A DNA stretch of 63,980 nt, filler included, from Lama guanicoe (GCA_013239625.1; 80 parts of 77 records of this genome joined end to end with filler, not necessarily neighbours in it); one strand, 5' to 3'; shown: positions 52,291-63,980, numbered from the whole stretch's first letter. Notes: generated from the sequence alone by a model not told the origin. Translations and numbers: made by a program.

Positions 52291-53054
52291 TTCTATATTC
52301 TAAATTGTATATTCAGTATTCTGTATTCTATATTCTGTATTCTGTGCTCTACATTCAAATTTATTTGTTTATTAAGTACTTTGTATACTATATTCTAAAT
52401 TCTGTGTCCTACAATCCATGTTCTAAATTCTGGGTTCTATATTCTCTTTTCTATTTTCTATAATCTGAGTTCTACATTCTATATTCTAAATTGTATATTC
52501 AGTATTCTGTATTCTATATTCTGTATTCTGTGCTCTACATTCAAATTTATTTGTTTATTAAGTACTTTGTATACTATATTCTAAATTCTGTGTCCTACAA
52601 TCCATGTTCTAAATTCTGGGTTCTATATTCTATATTCTATATTTTATATTCTGTGTTTTACATTTTTTATTCTAAACACTATATTCAGTATTCTGTATTC
52701 TATATTCTAAATTCTGTGTTCTATATTCAATGTTAGAAATCCTTTATTCAGCATTCTGTATTCTATATTCATAATTTTGTTTTCTACATTTCATATTCTA
52801 AATTCTATATTCAGTATTATGTATTCTATATTCTAAATTCTGTGTTCTGCATTCCATGTTCTAAATTCTNNNNNNNNNNNNNACATTCACTATTCTATAT
52901 TCTATATTGTGTGTTTTTCATTGTACATTCTACATACTATATTTTGCATTCCGTATACTATATTCTATATTCTGTGTTTTACATTCTATATTCTAAATTC
53001 AATAATTAGTATTCTTTATTCTATATTCTACATTATGTGTTTTGCGTTCCATTT
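52291..53054 (+). repeat. Satellite A, with a near-perfect 186-bp-period duplication
   Basis: ATTAAGTACT at 52371 and 52557. Confidence 0.95.
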
Positions 53055-53538
53055 NNNNNNNNNNNNNNNNNNNNNNNNNNNNNNNNNNNNNNNNNNNNTT
53101 AATTAATTAANNNNNNNNNNNNNNNNNNNNNNNNNNNNNNNNNNNNNNNNNNNNAAGAAGTCTTAAAACAGCACTGAGCACATTGGAGAGAGTCAATAAA
53201 TGCGTCCTGACTTAAATCAAAAGTGATGACTCAGTGATTCCATGGCTGCTGTATTTGCTAAGCTAGTTACTCCTTTACTCCATTACATATTTTTTTAACT
53301 GAAAAAGTAATACAAGCAAATGGTTAAAAAAAAACTCAAACAGAGCACAAAAATACACAAGTGAAAGAAGTATTCCCTCATCCTCTGTTCTTTCAGCCCT
53401 ATCTGGAGATGCCACTGTTTACTATCCTTTGGGTGCTTTTCCAGATGAGCTTTGCACATTCCTACCTATGTATGTAAGATTCCTTTAAAAGTTATTTTTA
53501 ACTTAAAGGGATTTAAATCCTCAAGTGGCTTCTGCCCG

Positions 53539-53900
53539 GGTAATAGAAAAGAACAAATCAGACTCCATATTAGATCTGTTCCTTTGACTTTAACCCTATG
53601 CTCTGTCTCCTAGGTTTCATCTTGCTTTTAAACCAATGTTGCCTTGAGCCTGAACTATACAGGAGAGCCCATTCTGAAGGCTGTGGCTTTTAAGGATATT
53701 TAACACTTTTTCATTCATATAAAGATAACAAATTGCAGACTAGAAAATAACATTTGTTTTGTTGGAGGTTTACAGGGATCTGACCCAGGCAGATAGCTGC
53801 AAGAACAAAGGATTCTAACAAGAAGGAATTCCTACACCAAGAAGTGTGCAACAACCAATCATGTAGGAAAGAAGCCTGAATTGTGACTTGGGGGGATGGT
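53539..53900 (+). mobile_element. ERV LTR, 5' part
   Basis: GTAATAGAAAAGAACAAATCAGACTCCATATTAGATCTG LTR-type start; same family as 4931-5411. Confidence 0.75.
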
Positions 53901-54067
53901 TTTCCAGAGTATTCGTTTCCCATCTAGGTCTACAGAAACTTGCTATTCCATGCCCCAACACCTGGTCNNNNNNNNNNNNNNNNNNNNNNNNNNNNNNNNN
54001 NNNNNNNNNNNTTAATTAATTAANNNNNNNNNNNNNNNNNNNNNNNNNNNNNNNNNNNNNNNNNNNN

Positions 54068-54521
54068 GTTGCAAAATTCACTACATAGATATATATGGGG
54101 AGGTACAACTTTCAACACTGTTTTACACTGAAAATTGCAGGAACTTCAAACCAGCACTAGGAAAACGACTGAGAAACCAGAGTAAGTGTGTATCCTGCAA
54201 TCTGTTCCCTTTGTGCTGGATGAACGAACGTCTTTCCACATGCTCAATTCTGAGAGATAAGTGTGTGTGAAAGATGAACTTCACCACATAAAACTTCACC
54301 ACATATCTTGTATGGAACACAGAGTTTCATTTCAGTTACGACCACAATACATACATATTTATGGGGAATTTCAAGCTCCATCAGGTTTTACAGTAAAAAA
54401 TGGAAGAAATTAAAACCAGTACTAGGAAACAGGGAACCCAGAGTAAGTGTTTCTACTTCAACCCGTTCTTTGAGTGCTGGATCAAAGAAAGTCTTCCACA
54501 TGCTCATTTCTGAGAGATAAT
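54068..54521 (+). repeat. Satellite C
   Basis: Matches 8605-9459. Confidence 0.94.
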
Positions 54522-54621
54522 NNNNNNNNNNNNNNNNNNNNNNNNNNNNNNNNNNNNNNNNNNNNTTAATTAATTAANNNNNNNNNNNNNNNNNNNNNNN
54601 NNNNNNNNNNNNNNNNNNNNN

Positions 54622-54725
54622 TTTTACATGCTGCTGTCCAGTTTTCCCAACACCATTTGCTGAAGAGACTGTCTTTATTCCATTGTATATTCTTGCCTCC
54701 TTTGTCGAAGATTAGTTGACCAAAG
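54622..54725 (-). mobile_element. L1 fragment
   Basis: TGTCCAGTTTTCCCAACACCATTTGCTGAAGAGACTGTC. Confidence 0.9.
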
Positions 54726-55067
54726 GTATTGGGCTTATCATTATTATCTCAGGGGGCTTCCTTAAAAACTATGATCACCATTCGACTTGGCGACATCGAG
54801 TACTGAAAAATTGTGGATTTAGGAATGGAGTAGACGTGAGTTCAACTTGGCTTCTGGTTTTCTCATCTAAAAAGTTAGAGGAGCCAGGGAGTGGGGGAGA
54901 ACAGCTATGCTGAGTTATGAGAAATGAAATGAGAATGTGAAAACCCAGGTGCAACAGAGCATGCTGTCTGTTTTCCCTGCCCAGGACCTGTGCCGGCAGG
55001 GCTCTGGGAAAATGGAAGGCTGTTCTGTGTTTCAAGTAACTTTTGACATCAAAGAAGTTCTCTAGGG

Positions 55068-55260
55068 CAGCACTCTCCGATAGAAATATAATGCAAGTCA
55101 CACATGAAATTTTAGGTCTAAAAAAGTACAAAGAAGCAGGTGAGGCTGAGCTTGATCATATATTTTAATGAACCCAATATATTTAAAATGTAATTTTAGC
55201 ATGAAATCAATATAGAGTTACTCCCAGGGTATTTTATGTTTATTTTCATACTGAGTCTTG
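55068..55260 (+). mobile_element. hAT-Charlie MER33-like element
   Basis: CAGCACTCTCCGATAGAAATATAATGCAAGTCAC...AACCCAATATAT...CATACTGAGTCTT. Confidence 0.8.
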
Positions 55261-55430
55261 GAGAGAGCAGCTGGAAGGTGGGGGCTCTTTGCCAGGGATG
55301 ACTTGCTGGAGGGCTCCAGATAACCTGGGGNNNNNNNNNNNNNNNNNNNNNNNNNNNNNNNNNNNNNNNNNNNNTTAATTAATTAANNNNNNNNNNNNNN
55401 NNNNNNNNNNNNNNNNNNNNNNNNNNNNNN

Positions 55431-56300
55431 CGCTCAGGATTCCGGACCATGGTCATGGAGTGGGGGAGCTCGAGAGAAATCACCACGCAGCTCTCTTCAG
55501 TCACAGTTGTTCCCTGCACGGGGAAGTCCGAGAAATACCTTCCCTGACCATGGGGAGGCAGCCTCTGTCACTGGGATATCCTGCAACCCCTCCTAGCATT
55601 CCCTGGCAGAGAGATATGAGTAAAAAACACAGGGGAAACGAGCACAGGCATTCCGTTAGAACCCACGCACTGCCGACCGTTGGTGGAACCTCCCAACACT
55701 CAGGATTCCGGAACCATTGTCATTCAGTTGGGGAGNNNNNNNNNNNNNNNNNNNNNNNNNNNNNNNNNNNNNNNNNNNNNNNNNNNNNNNNNNNNNNNNN
55801 NNNNNNNNNNNNNNNNNNNNNNNNNNNNNNNNNNNNNNNNNNNNNNNNNNNNNNNNNNNNNNNNNNNNNNNNNNNNNNNNNNNNNNNNNNNNNNNNNNNN
55901 NNNNNNNNNNNNNNNNNNNNNNTTAGAACCCACGCGCTGCCGACCGTTGGTGGAACCTCCCCACGCTCAGGATTCCGGAACCATTGTCATTGAGTGGGGG
56001 AGCTCGAGAGAAAACTCCACGCAGCTCTCTTCAGTCACAGGTGTTCCCTGCTCGGGGAAGTCCGAGAAATAACTTCCCTGACCTTGGGGAGGCAGCATCT
56101 GTCACTGCGTTTTCCTGCAACACCCCCTAGCATTCCCTGGGACAGAGACATGAGGAAAACCCTCAGGGGAGATGAGCACAAGCATTCCCTTAGAATCCAC
56201 GCGCTGCCGACCGTGGTGGAACCTCCCCAGGCTCAGGAATCCGGAACCATTGTCATTGAGTGGGGGATCTCGGGAGACAACTCCACGCAGCTCTCTTCAG
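55431..56300 (+). repeat. Satellite D
   Basis: TTAGAA anchor at 55656, 55923 and 56190, giving a period of 267. Confidence 0.96.
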
Positions 56301-56400
56301 NNNNNNNNNNNNNNNNNNNNNNNNNNNNNNNNNNNNNNNNNNNNTTAATTAATTAANNNNNNNNNNNNNNNNNNNNNNNNNNNNNNNNNNNNNNNNNNNN

Positions 56401-57208
56401 ATGTTCTATATTCTGAGTTCTCTATTCTGTTTTCCATATTCTATATTCTCTTTTCTGCCTTCTATATTCTGTATTGAATATTCTGCATGCCGTATTCTAT
56501 ATTCTGTGTTCTAATTCTATATTCAGTATTCTGTATTTTATATTCTAAATTCGGTTTTCTACATTCCATGTTCTTAATTCTGGGTTCTATATTTTCTATT
56601 CTATGTTTTGTGCTCATTATTCTACATTCTATATTCTATATTCTGCATTCCGTAGTCTATATTCTATATACTGTTTTCTACATTCTATATTCTAAATTCT
56701 ATATTCAGTATTCTGTATTCTATATTCTAAATTGTGTGTTCTACATTCTAAATTCTATATTCTATATTCAGTAATCTGTATTCTATATTCTAAATTCTGT
56801 GTTCTGCATTCCATGTTGTAAATTCTGGGTTCTATATAATTCTAAATTCTGTGTTCAACATTCTATATTCGAAATTCTATATTCAGTATTCTGTTCTCCA
56901 TATTTTAAATTCTGTGTTCTGCATTCCATGTTCTCAATTCTGGGTTTTGTATTCTATTTTCCATATTCTATATTCTGTGTTCTATATTCTATATTCGAAA
57001 TTCTCTATTCAGTATTCTGTTTTCTATATTCTATATTCTGTGTTGTACATTCTGTATTCTGTATTCTATATTCTGCTTTCCGTATTCTCTATCCTTTATT
57101 CTGTTTCCTACATTGTATATTCTAAATTCTACATTCAGTATTCTGTATACTATATTTTGAATTTTGTGTTCTACATTGTATATTCATATTCTATATTCAG
57201 TATTCGGT
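56401..57208 (+). repeat. Satellite A
   Basis: Heptamer array. Confidence 0.95.
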
Positions 57209-57308
57209 NNNNNNNNNNNNNNNNNNNNNNNNNNNNNNNNNNNNNNNNNNNNTTAATTAATTAANNNNNNNNNNNNNNNNNNNNNNNNNNNNNNNNNNNN
57301 NNNNNNNN

Positions 57309-58000
57309 TGGCATCTGCCCTCTCTGCAGCCGCCCCAGCCCTGCCCCCGCCCCGCGCTATGATCACCCCTCGCCAGCCTCCCAGGAGCCGGCCTACACGG
57401 AGATGTGCACCTCCTGTACTAAGAGTAGCAGAGACCGACCGCAGGACCGGCCAAGGGGGACATGGGACCAAATACAGGGGCTCTGTGGGACAGCCCCGCC
57501 TCCTCACCGCAGCCCTTGACGGCACCGTGCCAGCCTCCGTGGCGCAGGCTGACATGCAAACATGCATGCTGTGAACCTGGGGCAGGAGAGGCGGCCCCCA
57601 GGCCAGGCCTTTGTGGAGATGGGAGCAAACTGATCGGCTCACCTACGGCAATCCGCTCCCCACGACGTCCGTTTACCCTGAACTCACCTCGCCAGACTCC
57701 CAGGACCCGGCTGACATGGAGAATTAAATCCTGCACATCTAGGGTAGCAGATCCTGCCCCGAGGCCAGAAGAGGGGCAGATGGGAGGAAAATCAGCAAGT
57801 CGGCGAGGCATCCCCCTTAGCTCCTGTGCTGCCTCTTCTCTTCCCCCGACCTTTTCCCCTGATCTCACCAGGCCTGCTCCCAGGAGCAGGCTGACTTCAA
57901 AGGCTTGAGTCCTGCAAACTTGATGGAGCGGAGGCCACCACCAGGCAAGGCAGCTAGGGACATGGGAGAAAATTCTCTGGCTCTCCAGGGGCATCCTAAT
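57309..58000 (+). repeat. GC-rich diverged tandem repeat E (157-180-bp units)
   Basis: CTCCCAGGA-like anchor at 57378, 57535, 57697 and 57877; homologous to 49030-49701. Confidence 0.75.
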
Positions 58001-58359
58001 CCCCGGTCGCCGCCTCGAACCCGGACCCAGACCGCACCCCGCCTCTAGTGTGTCTGTCTGTCTGACTNNNNNNNNNNNNNNNNNNNNNNNNNNNNNNNNN
58101 NNNNNNNNNNNTTAATTAATTAANNNNNNNNNNNNNNNNNNNNNNNNNNNNNNNNNNNNNNNNNNNNTAATAACACAAGTGATAATGCTCGTGAGATAAA
58201 TCTGCGGTGGCTGTTGGCAGGTTCCCATGTCCCAAGTGGGAAAATCTGAAACATAGCTTCTCACCACTCAGAGTCATCCTAAGCCCACCCCACCCCTCCC
58301 GCTGTTAAATGCAGGAGCACAGGCAGGGCCAGGCCTTTGCTTTCTCTGTGTCATCACAG

Positions 58360-58956
58360 TGAGGCAGAATACAAGGGGACAGAGCACAGCCATTCAAGGA
58401 AGGTCACAGCAATTAACATCAAAATGGTGAAGGATTCAACCCCAATAGGCCTTGAGGCTCAGGATGAAGAGATTTAAATTCTAGCAGATCTTGAGATTCA
58501 TTAAACACCCATTGTAATAGTAACATGGTGAATAACATGCCCCCAGACACAATGGCAGTCCCAAGGCTAGCTACAATATATCACAGGGTGGGAAATGGAC
58601 CTTAGGCTAGTCCTTCTACTTATTAGCATATGAAGCCACCAAGCCCAAGAAAATCAGCAACACAGCGCCACCTCGCGGTCACCCCTCTGTCTCCCTCTTC
58701 GGAGAAGACCCACACTCTGTCTGTGGATTATATACCTACCTTTAATCTGAGCATCAAACCCCCAAATCTCATGACATTCCTCTTGCCTTTCAATGTATCT
58801 CTCTGAATAAATGTACCTTTACTCAACACTGGCTTGCTGTTGAATTCTTTACTGCACGAAGCCAAGGAACAAAATCTGGTTGGGCATATCCCAGGGCCTC
58901 AACCAAAACATGGGACACAGCACTTCTCATGCCCAACGTTTTTTTTTTTTGTATCA
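58360..58956 (+). mobile_element. Complete ERV1 (MER41-like) solo LTR, 597 bp
   Basis: TG...CA termini, ACAG 4-bp target-site duplication (58356-58359 and 58957-58960), AATAAA at about 58807. Confidence 0.88.
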
Positions 58957-59218
58957 ACAGGAGTGGGTTGTGAACGGAGCTCTGTGGCCCCAGCTAAGGG
59001 AACGAAGCAGCCTTCAGGGCTCCGATTGGCGGGCAGCCTCTCCCCCAGCAAGGGCCTGGGGCTCTGCCTGTTTCTCTGTGTTTCTCTGTTGTGCTGACTC
59101 CCCAGCCAGACAGCGTACNNNNNNNNNNNNNNNNNNNNNNNNNNNNNNNNNNNNNNNNNNNNTTAATTAATTAANNNNNNNNNNNNNNNNNNNNNNNNNN
59201 NNNNNNNNNNNNNNNNNN

Positions 59219-59681
59219 AAAAAAAATCTAAGTTAAAAATACTGGCTCTGAATAGACAAATTTTCCAAAGAAGACATACAAATGTACAACATGAAAAGCT
59301 GTTCAATGTCATTAATCATCAGGGGAATGCAAATCAAAACCACGAGACCATCTCTCACCTGTTACAATGGATATAGTCAAAAAAGACAAGTGATTACAAG
59401 TATTGGCAAGGATGTGGAGAAAAGAAAATCCTCGTGGATTGTTGGTAAAAATGTAAATTACCACACCCACTATGAAAAGCAGTTTGGAGGTTCTGCCAAA
59501 AATTAAAAGTAGTATTAAGCTGTCCCAGCACCATCTGTCAAAGAGACTGTCCTTTGGCCGCTGAATGTGCTTTAGTCCCATCTAACCTGTGTTTACTACT
59601 GGGTAGTCTGTTCTATTCCTTTGTTAGACTACGTGTGTATTTTAATACCAGCATCATGGTGTCTCATGACTATAGCACTAT
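59219..59681. mobile_element. L1 fragments: sense 59219-59515, antisense 59516-59681
   Basis: 'GMQIKTT...GKDVEKR' on plus, then TGTCCCAGCACCATCTGTCAAAGAGACTGTCC. Confidence 0.88.
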
Positions 59682-59781
59682 NNNNNNNNNNNNNNNNNNN
59701 NNNNNNNNNNNNNNNNNNNNNNNNNTTAATTAATTAANNNNNNNNNNNNNNNNNNNNNNNNNNNNNNNNNNNNNNNNNNNN

Positions 59782-60266
59782 CTGATAAGGGGTCACAACT
59801 TTTGGGGTGATGAGTGGCCTGGAAACCAACCAAGAAAGGTGAGAAAAGACAGGAATTTCCAGTGTCCAAATGTAACCTTTTGCTCATCATGCCCTCACTT
59901 CAATAAAATTAGCCTTGCAGATCAGAAGTACCCATCATGCACTGATGCCAAGACACTTCTGATCCAGACTAATTAAGGACAAAAATCCTTCCTCCTTCTG
60001 GGAAGGTGGAGTTGGGATGATAATCAGGGAATATGACCCCAAACCCTTCCCTCCCCAATGAATATTCCACNNNNNNNNNNNNNNNNNNNNNNNNNNNNNN
60101 NNNNNNNNNNNNNNNNNNNNNNNNNNNNNNNNNNNNNNNNNNNNNNNNNNNNNNNNNNNNNNNNNNNNNCCTTAATAAAACTTTACTTTTTTAACCACTG
60201 TGTCTTGTCTCTGAATTCTTTCTGGGACGGGACAAGAACCTGGAACACCAGTCGCATCTACCAACA
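59782..60266 (+). mobile_element. LTR fragment
   Basis: AATAAAACTTTACTT...TGTCTCTGAATTCTTTCTG...CCAACA R/U5-type end. Confidence 0.7.
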
Positions 60267-60830
60267 ACAAGTACACCTACAGGAAAAATAGCAGACTGTA
60301 AGGATGTATTGAAAGGACACAGGCTTGAGAATTTAGTCTGGAAAGAAACTGAGCAGGTGGCTGGTGGCTCAAAACTGACCAGAGGAAAACATACTGGAAA
60401 AGATGAAAGAATGTAATCATAAGTAAAACAATATCCTTTACTACCACTAAGGCTTATGGCAGTAAAGTCAAGCATTATTTGAGAAGAAGGACACATCAAC
60501 TGATGAAAATCAATGAGACAGAGACACTACCATCCAGTTTAGATAGGCCATGGATTGTAACACATAAGGAAAAATTTCCCCGAGGGTATAGTAAGGTACC
60601 ACGAACAATATTCAATTAGGAGATTTGCTCTAGAGACCAGGATCCACTGCCAGAGCAAGAACTGACCTGTGCCCGTGAAGAAGAGGACTATAAATTAACC
60701 AGAGGTTGTGTGTTTTTGTCGGGAGGCAAANNNNNNNNNNNNNNNNNNNNNNNNNNNNNNNNNNNNNNNNNNNNTTAATTAATTAANNNNNNNNNNNNNN
60801 NNNNNNNNNNNNNNNNNNNNNNNNNNNNNN

Positions 60831-61657
60831 CGCTCCATACATATATATGGGTAGGTACAAGCTCCAACTCGCTTTTACACTGAAAACGGCAGGCACTTCT
60901 AACCGGCACTAGGAAACACACAGAGAAACCAGAGGAAGTGTTTCTCCTCCAAACTGTTCCCTTTGTGCTGGATGAACGAACGTCTCTCCACATGCTCAGT
61001 TCTGAGAGATAAGTGTGTGTGAAAGCCGTCCTTCACCTAGCTTGAAGGGAACACAAAGTTTCTTTTCAGTTGNNNNNNNNNNNNNNNNNNNNNNNNNNNN
61101 NNNNNNNNNNNNNNNNNNNNNNNNNNNNNNNNNNNNNNNNNNNNNNNNNNNNNNNNNNNNNNNNNNNNNNNNNNNNNNNNNNNNNNNNNNNNNNNNNNNN
61201 NNNNNNNNNNNNNNNNNNNNNNNNNNNNNNNNNNNNNNNNNNNNNNNNNNNNNNNNNNNNNNNNNNNNNNNNNNNNNNNNNNNNNNNNNNNNNNNNNNNN
61301 NNNNNNNNNNNNNNNNNNNNNNNNNNNNNNNNNNNNNNNNNNNNNNNNNNNNNNNNNNNNNNNNCGGTTTTACAGTGAAAACGGCAGGCACTTCAAACCG
61401 GCACTAGGAAACAGACTGAGAAACCAGAGTAAGGGTTTCTCCTGCAACCCGTTTCCTTTGTCCTGGATGAACGAAAGTCTCTCCACATGCTCAGTTCTGA
61501 GACATAAGTGTGTGTGAAAGCCGTCCTTCACCCAGCTTGAAGGGAACACAAAGTTTCTTTTCAGTTGCAAGTTTCCACTCCATACATATATATTGGGAGG
61601 TACAAGCCCCAACTCGGTTTTCCAGTGAAATCGGTAGGCACTTCAAACCGGCACTAG
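60831..61657 (+). repeat. Satellite C
   Basis: Reverse complement of the 42553-43926 monomers. Confidence 0.95.
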
Positions 61658-62399
61658 NNNNNNNNNNNNNNNNNNNNNNNNNNNNNNNNNNNNNNNNNNN
61701 NTTAATTAATTAANNNNNNNNNNNNNNNNNNNNNNNNNNNNNNNNNNNNNNNNNNNNAGACAGATAGAATGCAAACTAGCAGTCCAAACTGTTAAAAGGG
61801 TCATGTAAGCTCTTTACTGTTGAAGACTCCGAAACCAACAGGAAGCATGAAATACCTATTGGAAACATGAAATAACCCCCAAGCTTGGATTCACTTGTGC
61901 ATGTGGTGCCCTTTACACCCAATGACACCTACTGGCCAATTTTGGCATTTCAAGGGGTAACATCCCTCTCTAGGAAAATACAAGAGAACCGAATATATAC
62001 ATTTAGGTTTGAATCCAAAAGCAGCTAGAGGAAGTAAAGTACAGCTAACCCTGCTACAGCTATGCTCGACTACTGAGAACCAGGTGTTATTCTATCAGCG
62101 ATGAGATCGCTTAATCATCCGTTCATGTTGGGTAAAGCAATTGAACGCAACCAAGTGTGCACCCCCATGATATAGTGCCCCTGAGGGCTTGCCTCAAGTT
62201 TAAGACGGTCTACATAAGCTGTGTCTTTAATGTCAATGGTGAATTTACAATTCCGTTCACTATCTGACTTACACTATTTTCCTATACTGTCTNNNNNNNN
62301 NNNNNNNNNNNNNNNNNNNNNNNNNNNNNNNNNNNNTTAATTAATTAANNNNNNNNNNNNNNNNNNNNNNNNNNNNNNNNNNNNNNNNNNNNAGGAGGA

Positions 62400-62545
62400 A
62401 TGTAGGATGTCAAAAAGAATGAGGGCATCCACTAATGTAACTTGCTGACAGCAGGAGCAACTCTGTGCAGGGCATAGGGAATATATAGGAACTCCACTTT
62501 CTGTGAATTTTTCTGTTAACCTAAAACTGCAGTATAGAAGGAAGC
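62400..62545 (+). mobile_element. L1M 3' end
   Basis: ATATATAGGAACTC...TTTTCTGTTAACCTAAAACTGC. Confidence 0.6.
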
Positions 62546-63298
62546 CTGTTAAGTATATCTTTAAATGGGTGAAAATGGAGTAACTGGTGGCATGTTCTTT
62601 TGGAGACAATTCTTTGATAGCAGAACCAATGAAAATATCCCTTCTACATCTATAGAATTACTTAGGTTATGAACTAGGTGTAACCCATGAAGGGGATATG
62701 CTTCCTTTCAAGGGAGAACCTATCACTGATTCAGGGGTCAGCAAGTGCTAGCTGTCGCCTTCATTCTGAATAGGACCAGTGAAGCTGAGGACATGCCCTG
62801 AGAGAAATAGTGGAAGTGAGAGCAGGTCTCTGCTGATGAAAGCTTCACATGCTTTTCATGCTCCTTGAGATCTTAAAATGGCAGGTATTCATACTCCCTG
62901 CATTTGCACAAGATTCATGTTCCTGATCCATTGTAGTTCTGACTGTGTTGTCCCAAGGACAGTGGGGGTGTCTGAAGCATAAATTGCACGTGGCTGATAG
63001 GGTTTCAGTTCCTTACTAGGCAGGATTTTTTCTGGCCACTGAAGAATGCGTATTAAAGATCCCATTTTTAAACTGTTTTCCTTCCATCTACCATCTTGAT
63101 NNNNNNNNNNNNNNNNNNNNNNNNNNNNNNNNNNNNNNNNNNNNTTAATTAATTAANNNNNNNNNNNNNNNNNNNNNNNNNNNNNNNNNNNNNNNNNNNN
63201 AGAGGGAGGCCACCCTCCATTACCCCTAGACTGGGCTGTGAGCTGAACTGCAGATCAAGGGCTCAGGGAGGGGCTGGGCGGTCCTTGGGCGGACACTT

Positions 63299-63306
63299 AT
63301 TTGCAT
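63299..63306 (+). promoter_or_regulatory. Immunoglobulin light-chain promoter octamer ATTTGCAT
   Basis: Perfect octamer about 90 bp upstream of the leader ATG (63396). Confidence 0.9.
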
Positions 63307-63395
63307 GGGCCAACCCTCCTCTTGCAGAGGCTGGCAAGAAAATGAGGACCTGGGCGGGCCAGCCACAGTGTGTGGATCAGGTTGCTGTGAGCACC

Positions 63396-63766
63396 ATGGC
63401 CTGGACTCCCTTCCTGCTCCTGGTCCTTTCTCACGGAGGCCTCAGGGACCGGGTCTCAGGTCGCTGACTGCAGCAGCCCCTGTACGTAGACTCTGGGAAT
63501 GTTTCCTGCATTTCCCACCACATCTGCCCCTTGTGTCTGTGTCTGCAGGGTCCCTCTCCCAGCTTGTGCTGACTCAGCCGCCCTCCCTCTCTGAGTGTCC
63601 TGAAGAATCAGCCAGACTTACCTGCACACTGAGCAGTGGGAACAGTGTTGGCAGTTACTACAAGTTGGTACCAGGAGAAGGCAGGAGGCCTTCCCCAGTA
63701 CCTCCTGAACTATTTCGCAGATTCCAGTAAGCAGCAGGGCTCCGGGGTCCCGAGCTGCTTCTCTGG
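63396..63766 (+). pseudogene. IGLV: Immunoglobulin lambda V pseudogene, IGLV5-like (3' end cut by scaffold end)
   Basis: Leader MAWTPFLLLVLSH lacks its GT donor. The V exon from 63549 reads SLSQLVLTQPPSLS..ARLTCTLSSGNSVGSYY, frameshifts at about 63661, then WYQEKAG..YLLNYFADSSKQQGSGVPSCFS. Confidence 0.93.
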
Positions 63767-63866
63767 NNNNNNNNNNNNNNNNNNNNNNNNNNNNNNNNNN
63801 NNNNNNNNNNTTAATTAATTAANNNNNNNNNNNNNNNNNNNNNNNNNNNNNNNNNNNNNNNNNNNN

Positions 63867-63980
63867 CCCTGGCACAGAGACATTAGGAAAACCCTAAGGG
63901 GAGACGAGCTAAGGCTTTCCGATAGAACCCACATGCTGACGACCGTTGGTGGAACCTCCCCACGCTCAGGATTCCGGAAC
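63867..63980 (+). repeat. Satellite D
   Basis: GACCGTTGGTGGAACCTCCCCACGCTCAGGATTCCGGAAC. Confidence 0.93.

Noticed and set aside
26181..63766. MHC class I and IGLV in one window as an immune cluster
   Set aside because: They are on separate concatenated scaffolds, so there is no linkage information.
638..63822. Regularly recurring TTAATTAATTAA between variable segments, superficially CRISPR-like
   Set aside because: It always sits within exactly 44+44 Ns, so it is a synthetic six-frame-stop linker. The intervening segments are unrelated scaffolds and there are no cas genes.

Overview
This window is not one locus. It is about 80 short unplaced mammalian scaffolds (roughly 0.25-1.4 kb each) joined by an artificial 100-bp spacer (N44-TTAATTAATTAA-N44), so adjacency across spacers has no biological meaning. 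A tRNA-derived vic-1-like SINE and cetartiodactyl-type L1 and LTR elements point to a camelid. About 25 scaffolds are satellite DNA (family labels are mine): a 7-bp-unit RTTCTRN satellite (A) and three longer families with monomers of about 263 bp (B), 249 bp (C) and 267 bp (D). B and D are clearly homologous, C probably is, and B shows higher-order repeat structure. Most of the rest is L1, ERV1-type LTR, MIR, L2 and DNA-transposon fragments plus unique sequence. Only two gene fragments are recognisable: an MHC class I exon 2-intron 2-exon 3 fragment with a 3-residue deletion in the alpha-1 helix, and an IGLV5-like pseudogene. The most novel-looking element is a diverged GC-rich tandem repeat of about 156-180 bp (E), found on two independent scaffolds with long open frames. 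No prokaryotic system or CRISPR array is present. Family assignments are by eye from recalled consensus sequences; no searches were run.
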